Source: Acidiferrobacterales bacterium
GTDB lineage: Bacteria > Pseudomonadota > Gammaproteobacteria > Acidiferrobacterales > SPGG2
NCBI GenBank assembly: GCA_046758085.1
Contig: JBHHZP010000001.1
Location: 3,471 to 67,470, forward strand
DNA length: 64,000 bases
Direction of reading: 5' to 3'
Shown: one piece after another, positions 17,476 through 27,676 of the stretch
How the letters are laid out: each line of letters starts with the position of its first letter
Numbering within the stretch: position 1 is the stretch's first letter
Notes under the pieces: model-generated
Database searches by the model: none
What the model was told of the DNA's origin: nothing
The model's input: the letters and a program-made list of their open reading frames with translations, nothing else
Position numbers and translations under genes: made by a program

Positions 17476-18648
17476 ATGTCAGCCCCCAGGAACCTATTGT
17501 TCAGCTTGCTCGTCGCCGCGGCCGTCGCATTGCCCGGGCTTGGCCTCGGGCAGAATCAACAGGTCGAGGTGGTGCAGAGCGGCGACGTGGTACAGCTCAA
17601 GCCCGATCACCCCACGCGCTACACCGTGGTCAAGGGCGACACCCTGTGGGACATCGCCAGCCGCTTTCTGCAAAGCCCGTGGCACTGGCCGCGGATCTGG
17701 ACTATCAACGAGCAGATCGCTAATCCCCATTTGATTTACCCGGGCGACGTGCTGGTGTTGCGATTCGTCGAGGGGCGGCCCCAGGTGACGGTGGCCGAGC
17801 GCGTGGCGCCGGTAGCGCCGGTGGCGGAGGTGCCGCGTGAATTGCCTCCCAAGGAGACTGAAAAAGCGATCGTGCGGGAGTTCGTGGGCGTGAGCGGCGC
17901 GCCGGGTGGGCGGGTAACGAAGCTCTCGCCCAGAATTGTGAGCATGCCGCTGGCAGAACCGATTCCGACGATTTCTCCCGAGGTCATCCTGCCGTTCTTG
18001 ACCAAGCCCCTGGTAGTCGACAATACGCAGATGAAGCGGGCGGGGTACGTTACCATCGGGCTCGATGACCGCATCGCGTTGGGCGACCAGAGTGAGTTCT
18101 ACGCACGCCGTGTGCCCGAGTCGGAGGCCGAGATCTACCAGCTGTTTCGCAAGGGCAAGCTCATCAAGGACCCCGGCACCAAGAAAAAGCTGGGCCACGA
18201 GGCCATTTATCTCGGCGATGCCTTGATGCTGGAGCGCGGCGACCCGTCGAAGTTGATCGTAACCCTGGTGAAAGAGGAAATCCTCCCTACTGATGACCTG
18301 TTGGTTGCCCCGGCCAGGGCGCCGTTGCCGTATTTTTTCCCGCATGCGCCCGATCAGGAGGTGCACGGACAAATCCTGACCGCGTTAAACGCGGTGGAGG
18401 AGATGGGTACGTTTTCCGTCGTGAGTGTCAACCTCGGCACCAAGGATGGTATGGAGCCGGGGCATGTGTTGCGCATCATGCGTGAGGCGGGCAAGCGCAA
18501 GGATCCGGTGACCCACAAGAAGTACAAGCTGCCCGCAGAGCCGTCCGGCCTGTTGATGCTGTTCCGTACATTTGATCAGGTCAGCTACGGGCTCATTATC
18601 AATTCCACCCGCCCCATCCATCTGTTGGATGCAGTAGTAACTCCCTGA
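17476..18648 (+). CDS. LysM peptidoglycan-binding domain protein, about 390 aa
   Basis: It has signal peptide MSAPRNLLFSLLVAAAVALPGLG and LysM motif YTVVKGDTLWDIASRFL...NPHLIYPGDVL. The upstream part of the 611-aa track ORF is antisense to def and was discarded. Confidence 0.8.
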   Translation: MSAPRNLLFSLLVAAAVALPGLGLGQNQQVEVVQSGDVVQLKPDHPTRYTVVKGDTLWDIASRFLQSPWHWPRIWTINEQIANPHLIYPGDVLVLRFVEGRPQVTVAERVAPVAPVAEVPRELPPKETEKAIVREFVGVSGAPGGRVTKLSPRIVSMPLAEPIPTISPEVILPFLTKPLVVDNTQMKRAGYVTIGLDDRIALGDQSEFYARRVPESEAEIYQLFRKGKLIKDPGTKKKLGHEAIYLGDALMLERGDPSKLIVTLVKEEILPTDDLLVAPARAPLPYFFPHAPDQEVHGQILTALNAVEEMGTFSVVSVNLGTKDGMEPGHVLRIMREAGKRKDPVTHKKYKLPAEPSGLLMLFRTFDQVSYGLIINSTRPIHLLDAVVTP

Positions 18649-18677
18649 AAGAGCCTGGCCCGCCGGGGATCGGGAGA

Positions 18678-19781
18678 GTGAATCCGCACGCGTTGCGCTG
18701 CTGGTCGACCCTGCACCGAGTCCCCGGACTCGGTGCGCACGCCGTCGCCGCCCTGCTCGAGGAGCTGGGTAGCGTCGAGGCGATCTTCGAAGCCCCGCGG
18801 TCGCAACTGGAGAGTCTTCTTGGCCGCGCGGCCGGGCAGATCGACGCTATCCTTACGGGGCCAGATGCGCAGGCGTTGGAGCAGGATCTCGCCTGGTTGG
18901 CGCAGCCCAGCCACCATATCCTGACCTTAACCGATGCCGATTATCCGCGCCTGCTGCGCGAAACCGCCCAGCCCCCGATCCTGCTGTTCGTTGTGGGAGA
19001 CAAGAACGTTCTCGCCCGTCCGCAACTGGCCGTGGTCGGCAGCCGCAATGCGACCCCCGGCGGCGTGGCCAATGCCATGGCGCTTGCGGGCAGGCTGGCA
19101 CGCGCGGGGCTGGCCATTACCAGTGGGCTGGCACTCGGTATCGATGGCGCCGCCCACCGCGGCGCACTGGATGCCGGTGGGCGCAGCGTCGCAGTGCTAG
19201 GGACGGGAGTGGACCACATCTATCCTGCGCGCCATCGCGAGCTTGCCGGCCGGATCGCGGCAAATGGCGCGGTGATTTCGGAGTTTCCGCTCGGTACGCC
19301 CCCCAAGGGCGAGAACTTCCCGCGACGAAACCGAATCATCAGCGGGCTTAGTCTCGGTACACTGGTCGTAGAGGCGGCGATGCAAAGCGGCTCGCTAATC
19401 ACCGCACGTTTCGCGCTGGAGCAAGGGCGCGAGGTGTTCGCAGTACCTGGATCGATTCACTCGCCGCAAGCACGCGGCTGTCATGCGTTGATTCGCCAAG
19501 GCGCCAAGCTTGTGGAAACGGCCCAAGACATAATCGAGGAACTTGGCTCGCTGGCGCAGTGGGTAAAGCAAACCCTTGAGGAAAACCGGGACATTACAAC
19601 CACGCCAGAGAACCCCCGCACTGCAGAGTTACTGCGCCACATCGGTTATGATCCGGTAAGCATCGACATGCTGGTAGAGCGCAGCGGATTGACGGCAGAA
19701 TATATTTCCTCCATGCTTCTCGAAATGGAGCTACAAGGCATCGTCGAGGCGTGTCCGGGCGGAACCTACATGCGCGTTTGA
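18678..19781 (+). CDS. dprA: DNA-protecting/processing protein DprA, 367 aa
   Basis: Rossmann-like core SGLALGIDGAAHRGAL ... GTGVDHIYP ... FPRRNRIISGLS, with a C-terminal winged helix. GTG start with gggaga SD. Confidence 0.88.
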   Translation: MNPHALRCWSTLHRVPGLGAHAVAALLEELGSVEAIFEAPRSQLESLLGRAAGQIDAILTGPDAQALEQDLAWLAQPSHHILTLTDADYPRLLRETAQPPILLFVVGDKNVLARPQLAVVGSRNATPGGVANAMALAGRLARAGLAITSGLALGIDGAAHRGALDAGGRSVAVLGTGVDHIYPARHRELAGRIAANGAVISEFPLGTPPKGENFPRRNRIISGLSLGTLVVEAAMQSGSLITARFALEQGREVFAVPGSIHSPQARGCHALIRQGAKLVETAQDIIEELGSLAQWVKQTLEENRDITTTPENPRTAELLRHIGYDPVSIDMLVERSGLTAEYISSMLLEMELQGIVEACPGGTYMRV

Positions 19782-19800
19782 TTGCTGATAAGGACGATTG

Positions 19801-20283
19801 ATGAAAGAGAATGTGTTTGACGTCTTGATGTATCTGTTCGAGAACTATATGGACGAAGACCCCGAGGTTGACCGGGACCAAGAGGCCTTGACCAGCGAGT
19901 TGACTCAAGCGGGTTTTCCCAAGGGAGAGATCAGCAAGGCCTTCTCGTGGTTGGAGGGATTATCAGATTTGCGCGAGCAGGACACGACATTACTTCAAGG
20001 GAGCACACCAGGCTCGGTGCGGCATTACTCGGAGCGAGAACGAACCAAGATCAGCTCTGAGTGCAGGGGATTTATTTTTTCCATGGAGCAGCGTGGCGTG
20101 CTTGATGCAAAGACGCGCGAAATGGTTATCGATCGGACTATGGCGCTGGGTGCGACAGAGATCGAGCTGGAACAATTAAAATGGATTATACTTCTTGTGC
20201 TATTCAACCAGCCTGAGCAGGAACAGGCTTATGCCGTGTTCGAAGATATGGTATTTGAGGAAACACGGCGAGATCTGCATTGA
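19801..20283 (+). CDS. smg: Smg (DUF494) protein, about 160 aa
   Basis: MKENVFDVLMYLFENYMD is the typical Smg N-terminus, in the conserved dprA-smg-topA order. Confidence 0.85.
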   Translation: MKENVFDVLMYLFENYMDEDPEVDRDQEALTSELTQAGFPKGEISKAFSWLEGLSDLREQDTTLLQGSTPGSVRHYSERERTKISSECRGFIFSMEQRGVLDAKTREMVIDRTMALGATEIELEQLKWIILLVLFNQPEQEQAYAVFEDMVFEETRRDLH

Positions 20284-20521
20284 GAAGCCTCCCACCGATC
20301 TTCGGTAACTGATTGAATTCTCCCCCAACATTTAACGGGTCTTGACAAACTACGCGGGATATCGTGGACAATTCGCGTTCAGCGTGAGCACGATCTAAGC
20401 TTCAAACAGGATGTTGATAAATCTGTTATGCGATTTCGATACGCCATGCCCAAACCGGCCGGGCGCAGGACCGGCGTGCTTGGTGTAGTTCCGAGCACGC
20501 AATACGAGGACTAGCAGCTCG

Positions 20522-22807
20522 ATGACAAAGCACCTCATAGTTGTCGAATCTCCGGCCAAGGCGAAGACCATGACGAAATATCTTGGGGACGGGTTTGCTG
20601 CGCTTGCCTCTTACGGGCACGTTCGTGATTTGATCCCGAAGCAGGGTGCAGTGGATACCGAAAACAGCTTCGAAATGAAGTACGATTTGATCGAGAAAAA
20701 CAAAAAGCACGTCGACGCTATTGCTAAGGCCATGAAAAAAGCCGACGCCCTATATCTCGCGACAGACCCTGACCGGGAGGGTGAAGCAATTTCCTGGCAC
20801 CTCTACGAGATACTGAAGGAACGTGGGGCACTGGACAGCAAGCCTGTGCACCGCGTGGAGTTCTACGAGATCACGAAGCGTGCCATCCAGGAGGCCATCA
20901 AGCACCCCCGCGAGCTCTCCACAAACCTGATCAACGCGCAGCAGGCGCGGCGCGCGCTGGATTATCTGGTCGGCTTCAATCTTTCGCCGTTACTGTGGAA
21001 AAAGGTGCGACGCGGCCTGTCCGCCGGTCGGGTGCAAAGCCCCGCACTGCGCATGATCGTCGAGCGCGAGCAGGAGATCGAGCGGTTCAAGACGCGCGAG
21101 TACTGGAGCATAGAGGCCGATGCCGAGGCCAAGGATAAGCCGGTGGTGGCGAAGCTGACCCATTTTGCCGGACAAAAGCTCGAGCAGTTTTCCATCGGTA
21201 ACAGGGAACGGGCGAACGAGATCAAGTCGACCCTGCGCAAAGCCGCGCGCGGCCGGCTGCTGGTCGTTACGGTCGACAAGAAACAGCGCAAGCGCAACCC
21301 ATCGCCGCCGTTTACGACCTCCACGCTGCAGCAGGAGGCCTCGCGCAAGCTCGGGTTTGGCGCACAGCGCACCATGCGCATTGCACAGCAGCTGTACGAG
21401 GGCGTGGAAATCGAGGGTGAAACCGTCGGCCTGATCACCTACATGCGCACCGATTCGGTGAACCTGGCGGCAGAGGGCGTGCAGGAGATTCGTGAGCTTA
21501 TTCGCGAGCGCTACGGCGAGGAGAATCTGCCCGAAGCGCCGCAGGTGTATAAGAGCAAATCAAAGAACGCGCAAGAGGCGCACGAAGGCATTCGTCCTAC
21601 TTCGGCATGGCGCACGCCGGAGAAGGTAAAGCCGTTTGTAAAGCCGGAGCAGCTCAAGCTCTACGACCTCATTTGGAAGCGCACCATCGCGTGCCAGATG
21701 GTTCATGCCACCTTGGATACGGTGGCGATTGATTTGCAAGCCGGCGAGGGCAATATTTTCCGGGCGACCGGCTCCACTGTGGTTAAGCCAGGATTTATGA
21801 CCGTTTATCAGGAAGGGCGCGATGACACTGCGGCCTCCGAGGAAGAACAGGGAATGTTGCCGGTGCTTGAGAAGGGTGAGTCCGTTAAGCTCGTAAAGAT
21901 ACGCGGCGAACAGCACTTCACCGAGCCACCACCGCGTTACACGGAGGCGAGCTTGGTGAAGGCGTTGGAGGCCTACGGTATCGGCCGCCCCTCCACCTAT
22001 GCCAGCATTATCTCGACGTTGCTGCAGCGCGAGTACGTGACGCTTGACAAGCGCCGATTTCAGCCGACAGATGTCGGGCGGGTGGTGAATAAGTTCTTGT
22101 CGGAGCACTTCGAGCATTATGTTGACTACGAGTTTACCGCCCGACTCGAAGATGACCTGGATGCTATTTCCCGCGGCGAGAAGCAATGGAAACCGTTGCT
22201 CAAAGAGTTCTGGAAGGACTTCAAAAGCCAGGTCGATACCAAGGAGCACGTGGAGCGCCCGGGTGTCGAGTTGCTGGAGGAGAAATGTCCAAAATGTGAC
22301 AAACCGCTGGCGAAGCGGCTTGGCCGCAACGGCTACTTCATCGGCTGTACCGGTTATCCGGATTGCAATTACACCCGTAACATCGATGACACTGCCGGAG
22401 AGAACAATGAGCCGCAGATTGTGGAGGGGCGCAAGTGTCCGAAATGCGAGTCGGATCTTGTGATCAAACGCGGGCGCTATGGAAAGTTCATCGGCTGCAG
22501 CAATTACCCCAATTGCAAGCACATGGAGCCACTGGAAAAGCCCGAGGACATGGGTGTGAGATGTCCCGAGTGTGATCAGGGAAATATGCTAAAGCGCAAA
22601 TCCCGCTACGGCAAGGTATTCTACTCTTGTGCTCGTTATCCGGATTGCAAATACGCAGTGTGGAATCTACCGGTCGCCGAGTCTTGTCCGAAATGCGGCC
22701 ACAAGATGTTGACCATCAAGACTACGAAACGGCGTGGCACGGAGAAGGTGTGTCCCCAGAAGGAATGCAATTACGCTGAACCATTTGCATCGCCAGCCGT
22801 AAACTAG
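20522..22807 (+). CDS. topA: DNA topoisomerase I, 761 aa, with four C-terminal C4 zinc ribbons
   Basis: TOPRIM start LIVVESPAKAKT and the type IA core. Four CxxC...CxxxxC modules are visible: CPKCDKPL..CTGYPDC, CPKCESDL..CSNYPNC, CPECDQG..CARYPDC and CPKCGHKM..CPQKEC. Confidence 0.93.
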   Translation: MTKHLIVVESPAKAKTMTKYLGDGFAALASYGHVRDLIPKQGAVDTENSFEMKYDLIEKNKKHVDAIAKAMKKADALYLATDPDREGEAISWHLYEILKERGALDSKPVHRVEFYEITKRAIQEAIKHPRELSTNLINAQQARRALDYLVGFNLSPLLWKKVRRGLSAGRVQSPALRMIVEREQEIERFKTREYWSIEADAEAKDKPVVAKLTHFAGQKLEQFSIGNRERANEIKSTLRKAARGRLLVVTVDKKQRKRNPSPPFTTSTLQQEASRKLGFGAQRTMRIAQQLYEGVEIEGETVGLITYMRTDSVNLAAEGVQEIRELIRERYGEENLPEAPQVYKSKSKNAQEAHEGIRPTSAWRTPEKVKPFVKPEQLKLYDLIWKRTIACQMVHATLDTVAIDLQAGEGNIFRATGSTVVKPGFMTVYQEGRDDTAASEEEQGMLPVLEKGESVKLVKIRGEQHFTEPPPRYTEASLVKALEAYGIGRPSTYASIISTLLQREYVTLDKRRFQPTDVGRVVNKFLSEHFEHYVDYEFTARLEDDLDAISRGEKQWKPLLKEFWKDFKSQVDTKEHVERPGVELLEEKCPKCDKPLAKRLGRNGYFIGCTGYPDCNYTRNIDDTAGENNEPQIVEGRKCPKCESDLVIKRGRYGKFIGCSNYPNCKHMEPLEKPEDMGVRCPECDQGNMLKRKSRYGKVFYSCARYPDCKYAVWNLPVAESCPKCGHKMLTIKTTKRRGTEKVCPQKECNYAEPFASPAVN

Positions 22808-22859
22808 TACATCGCTCCGAACAACACGCGGCGGTTGCGTCAATCCGGCAGTCACGAAG

Positions 22860-24041
22860 ATGTTCGATTGGATTCTTGGCAAGACGGCGCGGACGTATTA
22901 CGCAATTGCATTAGTGGTCGCTTCGGGACTGCTGGTGTCGTGCGCGGGGCTTATATCCAAACCAGAAGGTCTTCACCCGGTGTCTTGGCGGGCGCTCGAC
23001 GGCTGGGCGGCTGGCCACCAGGCTGCGGCCTGGCCGGCGCTGGTTCGAAGCTGCGGGAAACTGGCCACCGGTGATAGCGCATGGAGTGCGATCTGTGCCG
23101 ATACAGAGCTGATGTCTGCGCCCGACGACACCGCGGCGCGGGCGTTCTTTGAGACACGCTTCCTACCCCATGTCGTCGTCGGCAAGCGCGGCAAGAAAGA
23201 AGGCCTCATCACGGGCTACTACGAACCCTTGCTCGAAGGCAGCCTGGTCAAAACGGAACGCTTTCGCTTCCCGCTGTACGAACGCCCGCCGAATCTGTTG
23301 ACAGTCGATCTCGGCGACGTCTACCCGGCGTTGCGGGGCAAGCGGGTGCGCGGGCGGTTGCAAGGCACGACGGTAATCCCCTACTTCAGTCGAGCCGAGA
23401 TCCACAACGGCGAGTCGCCGCTCGCCGGTTATGAAATCGCCTGGGTCGACGATCCGGTCGGTTTGTTCTTCTTGCATATCCAGGGCTCGGGTCGCATACG
23501 CCTTCCTGATGGGCAGACCCTCGCCGTGGGCTACGCCGATCAAAACGGGCACCCCTACGTCTCCATTGGCAGGCGCTTGCTTGAAATGGAACAGATGAAG
23601 CCGGAAGAGGTTAACCTGGATACTATCCGGAACTGGCTTGCCGCCAACCCGCAGCGGGCCGAGGCGCTGCTCAACAGCAATCCGAGCTACGTGTTTTTCA
23701 CCGTGCGCGATCCCGGACTGGCCGGTCCGATCGGTTCACTCAACGTGCCCTTGACGGTACAGCGTAGCATCGCCGTCGACCCCACCTATATCCCCCTTGG
23801 TCTGCCGGTGTGGCTGGACACGACTTTGCCGGATGAAACGCAACCTTATCGGCGACTGGTGTTCGCGCAGGACACGGGCGGCGCCATCAAAGGCGCGGCG
23901 CGGGCCGATATATTCTTTGGTCAGGGCAAGGAAGCTGAGCGCCTGGCGGGCAAAATGAAGCAAGCAGGACGCCTCTACGTACTGTTACCGGCGAGGCGCG
24001 ACCTCGCCCTCCATCCCACGCGGCCTATTTCAAGCAAATAA
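22860..24041 (+). CDS. mltA: Membrane-bound lytic murein transglycosylase A, 393 aa
   Basis: It has lipobox LLVSC, an MltA domain and the 3D-domain motif VFAQDTGGAIKG. Confidence 0.85.
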   Translation: MFDWILGKTARTYYAIALVVASGLLVSCAGLISKPEGLHPVSWRALDGWAAGHQAAAWPALVRSCGKLATGDSAWSAICADTELMSAPDDTAARAFFETRFLPHVVVGKRGKKEGLITGYYEPLLEGSLVKTERFRFPLYERPPNLLTVDLGDVYPALRGKRVRGRLQGTTVIPYFSRAEIHNGESPLAGYEIAWVDDPVGLFFLHIQGSGRIRLPDGQTLAVGYADQNGHPYVSIGRRLLEMEQMKPEEVNLDTIRNWLAANPQRAEALLNSNPSYVFFTVRDPGLAGPIGSLNVPLTVQRSIAVDPTYIPLGLPVWLDTTLPDETQPYRRLVFAQDTGGAIKGAARADIFFGQGKEAERLAGKMKQAGRLYVLLPARRDLALHPTRPISSK

Positions 24042-24130
24042 CTTCGTCGGCCCTCCGTCTTACCGGGCAAAACTCGCGATCCGTGGACCGTGAGGCGTGA
24101 TCCGTGATTCGCTTTTTTCGATTCCCTATA

Positions 24131-24303
24131 TTCAAGCCGAGCCCCGAGTGCAGACGAGGAGTGGGCCCACCCCTCGCTGACCAGTAGGAAGGGAGAATTG
24201 GAGCGGTGTTTTTGTCGCGAGTGTTTTTGGGCGCCTTTCACCGAAGGGCGAGGACCAGGGGAGATCCGAGTCAAAGTACCTCGCCTGCGGGTGCGAGAAC
24301 CCG
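24131..24303 (+). repeat. Possible diverged copy (D) of the dispersed intergenic repeat
   Basis: Shares only the terminal motifs ttcaagccgag and gcgagaacccg with copy A. The interior differs. Confidence 0.35.
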
Positions 24304-24346
24304 ATTAGAATAATCGCCAGTAGGCCACAGCGTCTACGCGCGCCGG

Positions 24347-25450
24347 TCACATCCTGGCGTTCGCGAGCATGGCGACCAACTCGTCGCCGATGACCTGGCG
24401 GCGCCAGCCCGTTTGCAACGGGCCGTTGGTTTCACCGCGAACGAGCGCCTTGAGGTCGCGGCGGGTTGCGATCAGGGCGGAGCTGATGCGCAGCTCGCGG
24501 GCACGTTGATCGACAATATCCACCATCGCGCGGTGCAGTCGCGTTTGCTCTGCATCCAGCCGGTTTGAATCACCGTTTACCGCGGCAAGCGGGGCCGCCA
24601 GGCCCTGCGCAATCGCGCCAAGAATGGCCTCACCCCATCTTTTCACGGTGCCGCGACCGAGCCCGTTGATTTGCTCGAGCTGTTCCCGCGACTGGGGCAG
24701 TTGTTGGGCGAGCTCCACAATCGCGGCGTCACGCAAGACCCAGTTCCGCGGGAGATCGCGCGCCTGTGCACTGCGCTCGCGCCACATTGCAACGGCGCGC
24801 ACCACATTCTTACGGCTGGGGGGCAGCGCACGGCCTCCCTTGATGCGCGTATGTGCCTGCTCAGGATTATTTTGATACAACTCGCTCTGTGTCAGGCGGT
24901 CGCACTCCTCGGTGAGCCATTCGCGGCGTCCAAGCGCAGCCAGTTTCTGCTCGAAGTGTTGATAAAGATCCCGCAGATAACGCACATCATCCTCGGCGTA
25001 GCGCAGCTGATCGTCGTTGAGCGGACGCGCGGACCAATTTGTACGTGTGTGGAGTTTCGCGAGCTTCACGCCGAGTACGGCCTGCACCAGTGCGCCATAG
25101 CCGATCTGCTCATCGTATCCGGCCAGCGCCGCCGCGATTTGAGTGTCGAACACGGGCGCTGGCGGTGCGCCCCGCAAATCATGGAAGACCTCGAGGTCCT
25201 GTCGCGCCGAGTGCAACACTTTCAACAGGCGCTCCGCGAAAATGACATCTAACAACACATCGAGGTTGAGCCCGGCCAGGGGGTCGATACAAACAACCAA
25301 GTGCGGGGTGGCAATCTGGATCAGACTCAATCGTGCGTAATAGGTGCGCTCGCGCACGAACTCGGTGTCCAATGCGATCCAGCGCTCCGCGCGCAGCCTG
25401 GCGCATATTCGCTCGAGCCCGGCGCGATCCTTTACGAAATCGTCAAACAT
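24347..25450 (-). CDS. rnd: Ribonuclease D, 367 aa
   Basis: It has a DEDDy 3'-5' exonuclease domain (IALDTEFVRERTYY ... HSARQDLEV ... YAEDDVRYL) followed by an HRDC region. Confidence 0.88.
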   Translation of the reverse strand: MFDDFVKDRAGLERICARLRAERWIALDTEFVRERTYYARLSLIQIATPHLVVCIDPLAGLNLDVLLDVIFAERLLKVLHSARQDLEVFHDLRGAPPAPVFDTQIAAALAGYDEQIGYGALVQAVLGVKLAKLHTRTNWSARPLNDDQLRYAEDDVRYLRDLYQHFEQKLAALGRREWLTEECDRLTQSELYQNNPEQAHTRIKGGRALPPSRKNVVRAVAMWRERSAQARDLPRNWVLRDAAIVELAQQLPQSREQLEQINGLGRGTVKRWGEAILGAIAQGLAAPLAAVNGDSNRLDAEQTRLHRAMVDIVDQRARELRISSALIATRRDLKALVRGETNGPLQTGWRRQVIGDELVAMLANARM

Positions 25451-25619
25451 ATATGCAGTTTATTCGGACTGAGCAGTTTCGAACAGGCTTGCCTTTGAGA
25501 ACGAGCCATCGCGATCCGCCTTCAGGGGAGCTGGCGCGGCTTGTCAAGGCGGGGTTTTTGCGCCACGCTTTAGACGTAGCACGGAAGACCCAGTTGTTAA
25601 CGCTATGCCCGGCACCCCT

Positions 25620-26972
25620 ATGCACATACATATCCTCGGAGTAGGTGGCTCGTTCATGGCCGGATTGGCCATGCTAGGTCGTGCCTTGGGATACACCATT
25701 ACCGGTTCCGATGCGCAGATCTATCCGCCAGCCAGCACCCAGCTCGCCGCCGCCGGGATCGATGCCTTCTGCGGTTACTCCGCGGCAAATCTCAAGCACA
25801 AGCCTGATGTGGTGGTTATCGGTAATGCCTTGTCCCGCGGGAACCCGGAGGTCGAGGCCGTTCTGGAACAAGGCCTGCCCTACACCTCGGGCGCGCAGTG
25901 GGTGGCTGAGAATATATTGCGTGAACGGTGGGTGATCGCCGTGGCCGGCACCCACGGCAAGACCACGACCGCCAGCATGATTGCCTGGATTCTGGAGCAC
26001 GCGGGCCTCGATCCCGGATTTATGATCGGTGGGGTCCCGTGCAACTTTGATGTGTCCGCGCGCCTTGGGGCGGCACCTTTTTTCGTGATCGAGGGTGACG
26101 AGTACGATACCGCGTTCTTCGACAAGCGCTCGAAGTTCATTCACTACCGCCCGCGCACCGCGATCCTGAACAACCTCGAGTTCGATCATGCGGATATCTT
26201 TCCCGATCTGCCCGCGATCCAAAGGCAGTTCCATTATTTCGTGCGCACGGTACCGGCATCGGGGCGCTTCATCGTCAACGCTGCCGACCGCAACCTCACG
26301 GAAGTGTTGAAGATGGGTTGCTGGTCGCCAGTGGAGTATTTCGACGCCACCGATGGGTGGTCAGCGAAAACGGCACGCGAAGACGCCAGCCGGTTCCGCG
26401 TGCTGCGCGCGGGCGCTGTGCAGGGCGATGTCAGCTGGAAGCTCATCGGCCGCCACAATACGTCCAATGCCCTGGCCGCTATCGCCGCTGCGCATCATGC
26501 TGGCGTGAGCGTGAAAGCCGCCACCGAGGCGTTGTGCAAGTTCGAAAACGTTAAGCGGCGGCTAGAAGTCCGCGGGACCGTGCATGGTATTACGGTCTAC
26601 GATGATTTCGCGCACCATCCGACGGAGATTGCGGCGAGCCTGCGCGCACTGCGTACCAGCGTAGGCAAGCGGCGGATATTCGCCGTGCTCGAGCCGCGCT
26701 CCAACAGCATGCGCATGGGCGTGCATCAGCGCAGCCTCGCCGGTGCCCTCGTTGAAGCAGACCAGGTATTGATACTGCGCGCCCCCGATATCACCTGGGA
26801 TGTGGCCGCGGTCGGCGCGGCACTGAACGGACGCGCACGCGTACTGCCGTCGGTCGATGCCATCATCTCGACGTTGGCGCAGGAACTCCAGGCCGATGAC
26901 CGTGTCTTGATTATGAGCAACGGGGATTTCGGAGGGCTACATGGCCGGTTGCTGGCGCGGCTGCAGAGCTGA
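25620..26972 (+). CDS. mpl: UDP-N-acetylmuramate:L-alanyl-gamma-D-glutamyl-meso-diaminopimelate ligase, about 450 aa
   Basis: Mur-ligase architecture with MHIHILGVGGSFMAGLA and GTHGKTTT; the overall sequence resembles Mpl more than MurC. Start chosen at ATG 25620. Confidence 0.85.
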   Translation: MHIHILGVGGSFMAGLAMLGRALGYTITGSDAQIYPPASTQLAAAGIDAFCGYSAANLKHKPDVVVIGNALSRGNPEVEAVLEQGLPYTSGAQWVAENILRERWVIAVAGTHGKTTTASMIAWILEHAGLDPGFMIGGVPCNFDVSARLGAAPFFVIEGDEYDTAFFDKRSKFIHYRPRTAILNNLEFDHADIFPDLPAIQRQFHYFVRTVPASGRFIVNAADRNLTEVLKMGCWSPVEYFDATDGWSAKTAREDASRFRVLRAGAVQGDVSWKLIGRHNTSNALAAIAAAHHAGVSVKAATEALCKFENVKRRLEVRGTVHGITVYDDFAHHPTEIAASLRALRTSVGKRRIFAVLEPRSNSMRMGVHQRSLAGALVEADQVLILRAPDITWDVAAVGAALNGRARVLPSVDAIISTLAQELQADDRVLIMSNGDFGGLHGRLLARLQS

Positions 26973-27004
26973 GTGACCGCACGGCCTCGCCGCGACGGGC
27001 AGCG

Positions 27005-27593
27005 ATGAAGGACTTGCCGCTGTTTCCGCTGCACGCCGTGCTGTATCCGGATGGGCGCTTTCAGCTCCGGGTGTTCGAAAAACGCTACATGGACATGGTA
27101 ACGACGTGCCTGAAGACGGAGCAGCCATTCGGGATATGCCTGAGTCGGGCAGGTGATGAGGTCGGCGCGGCGGCGCAGGCGCACTCGATCGGTACTCTGG
27201 CGCACCTGGTGGAGTGGGAAATGAGTCAACCCGGAATTCTGGATATCAGCGTGCGCGGCGGACAGCGCTTCCGCACACACGCGACGCGCGTGTGTGCTGA
27301 TCAACTCCGTCGCGGCGATATCGAGTCTCTCCCCCGAGGAGACGTGTGAGTTGCTGTGGGCGACACACCGGCAGCTCGGTGCGTTGCTGGCGCGGTTTCT
27401 GGCCGATGTCGGTGAGTAGTACTATTTTCCGCCGCTCAGACTGGACGACGCCGTCTGGGTCGCCTATCGTCGGGCGGAGTGGTTGCCCGCACCGAACGCG
27501 CTCAAGCAACGTGTGCTCGAGCCGGACGGCGCCGGGCACAAGCTCGATTTGTTGGCTGCCGCCCGAGGCTCTGAGCAAACAGGGCCGGCCTGA
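27005..27593 (+). pseudogene. Lon N-terminal (LON substrate-binding) domain protein, disrupted by a frameshift and an in-frame TAG
   Basis: Residues 1-114 (LPLFPLHAVLYPDG.FQLRVFEKRY) end at TGA 27347-27349. The expected C-terminal half (SPEETCELLWATHRQLGALLARFL ... LRLDDAVWVAYRRAEWLP ... KQRVLE) continues in another frame after the ccccc run at 27331-27335 and contains TAG at 27417-27419. Confidence 0.65.
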
Positions 27594-27676
27594 CCGGAGG
27601 CACGCTCGCGGTGACCGCGCGGCACCGGAGTGACAGCGTGCCAGACTAATCTGCTTGATTATTGGGAGTTTGATAG

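Noticed and set aside
21560-22522. 320-aa minus-strand ORF inside topA
   Set aside because: It is antisense to the topoisomerase I core and zinc ribbons, with an artefactual composition.
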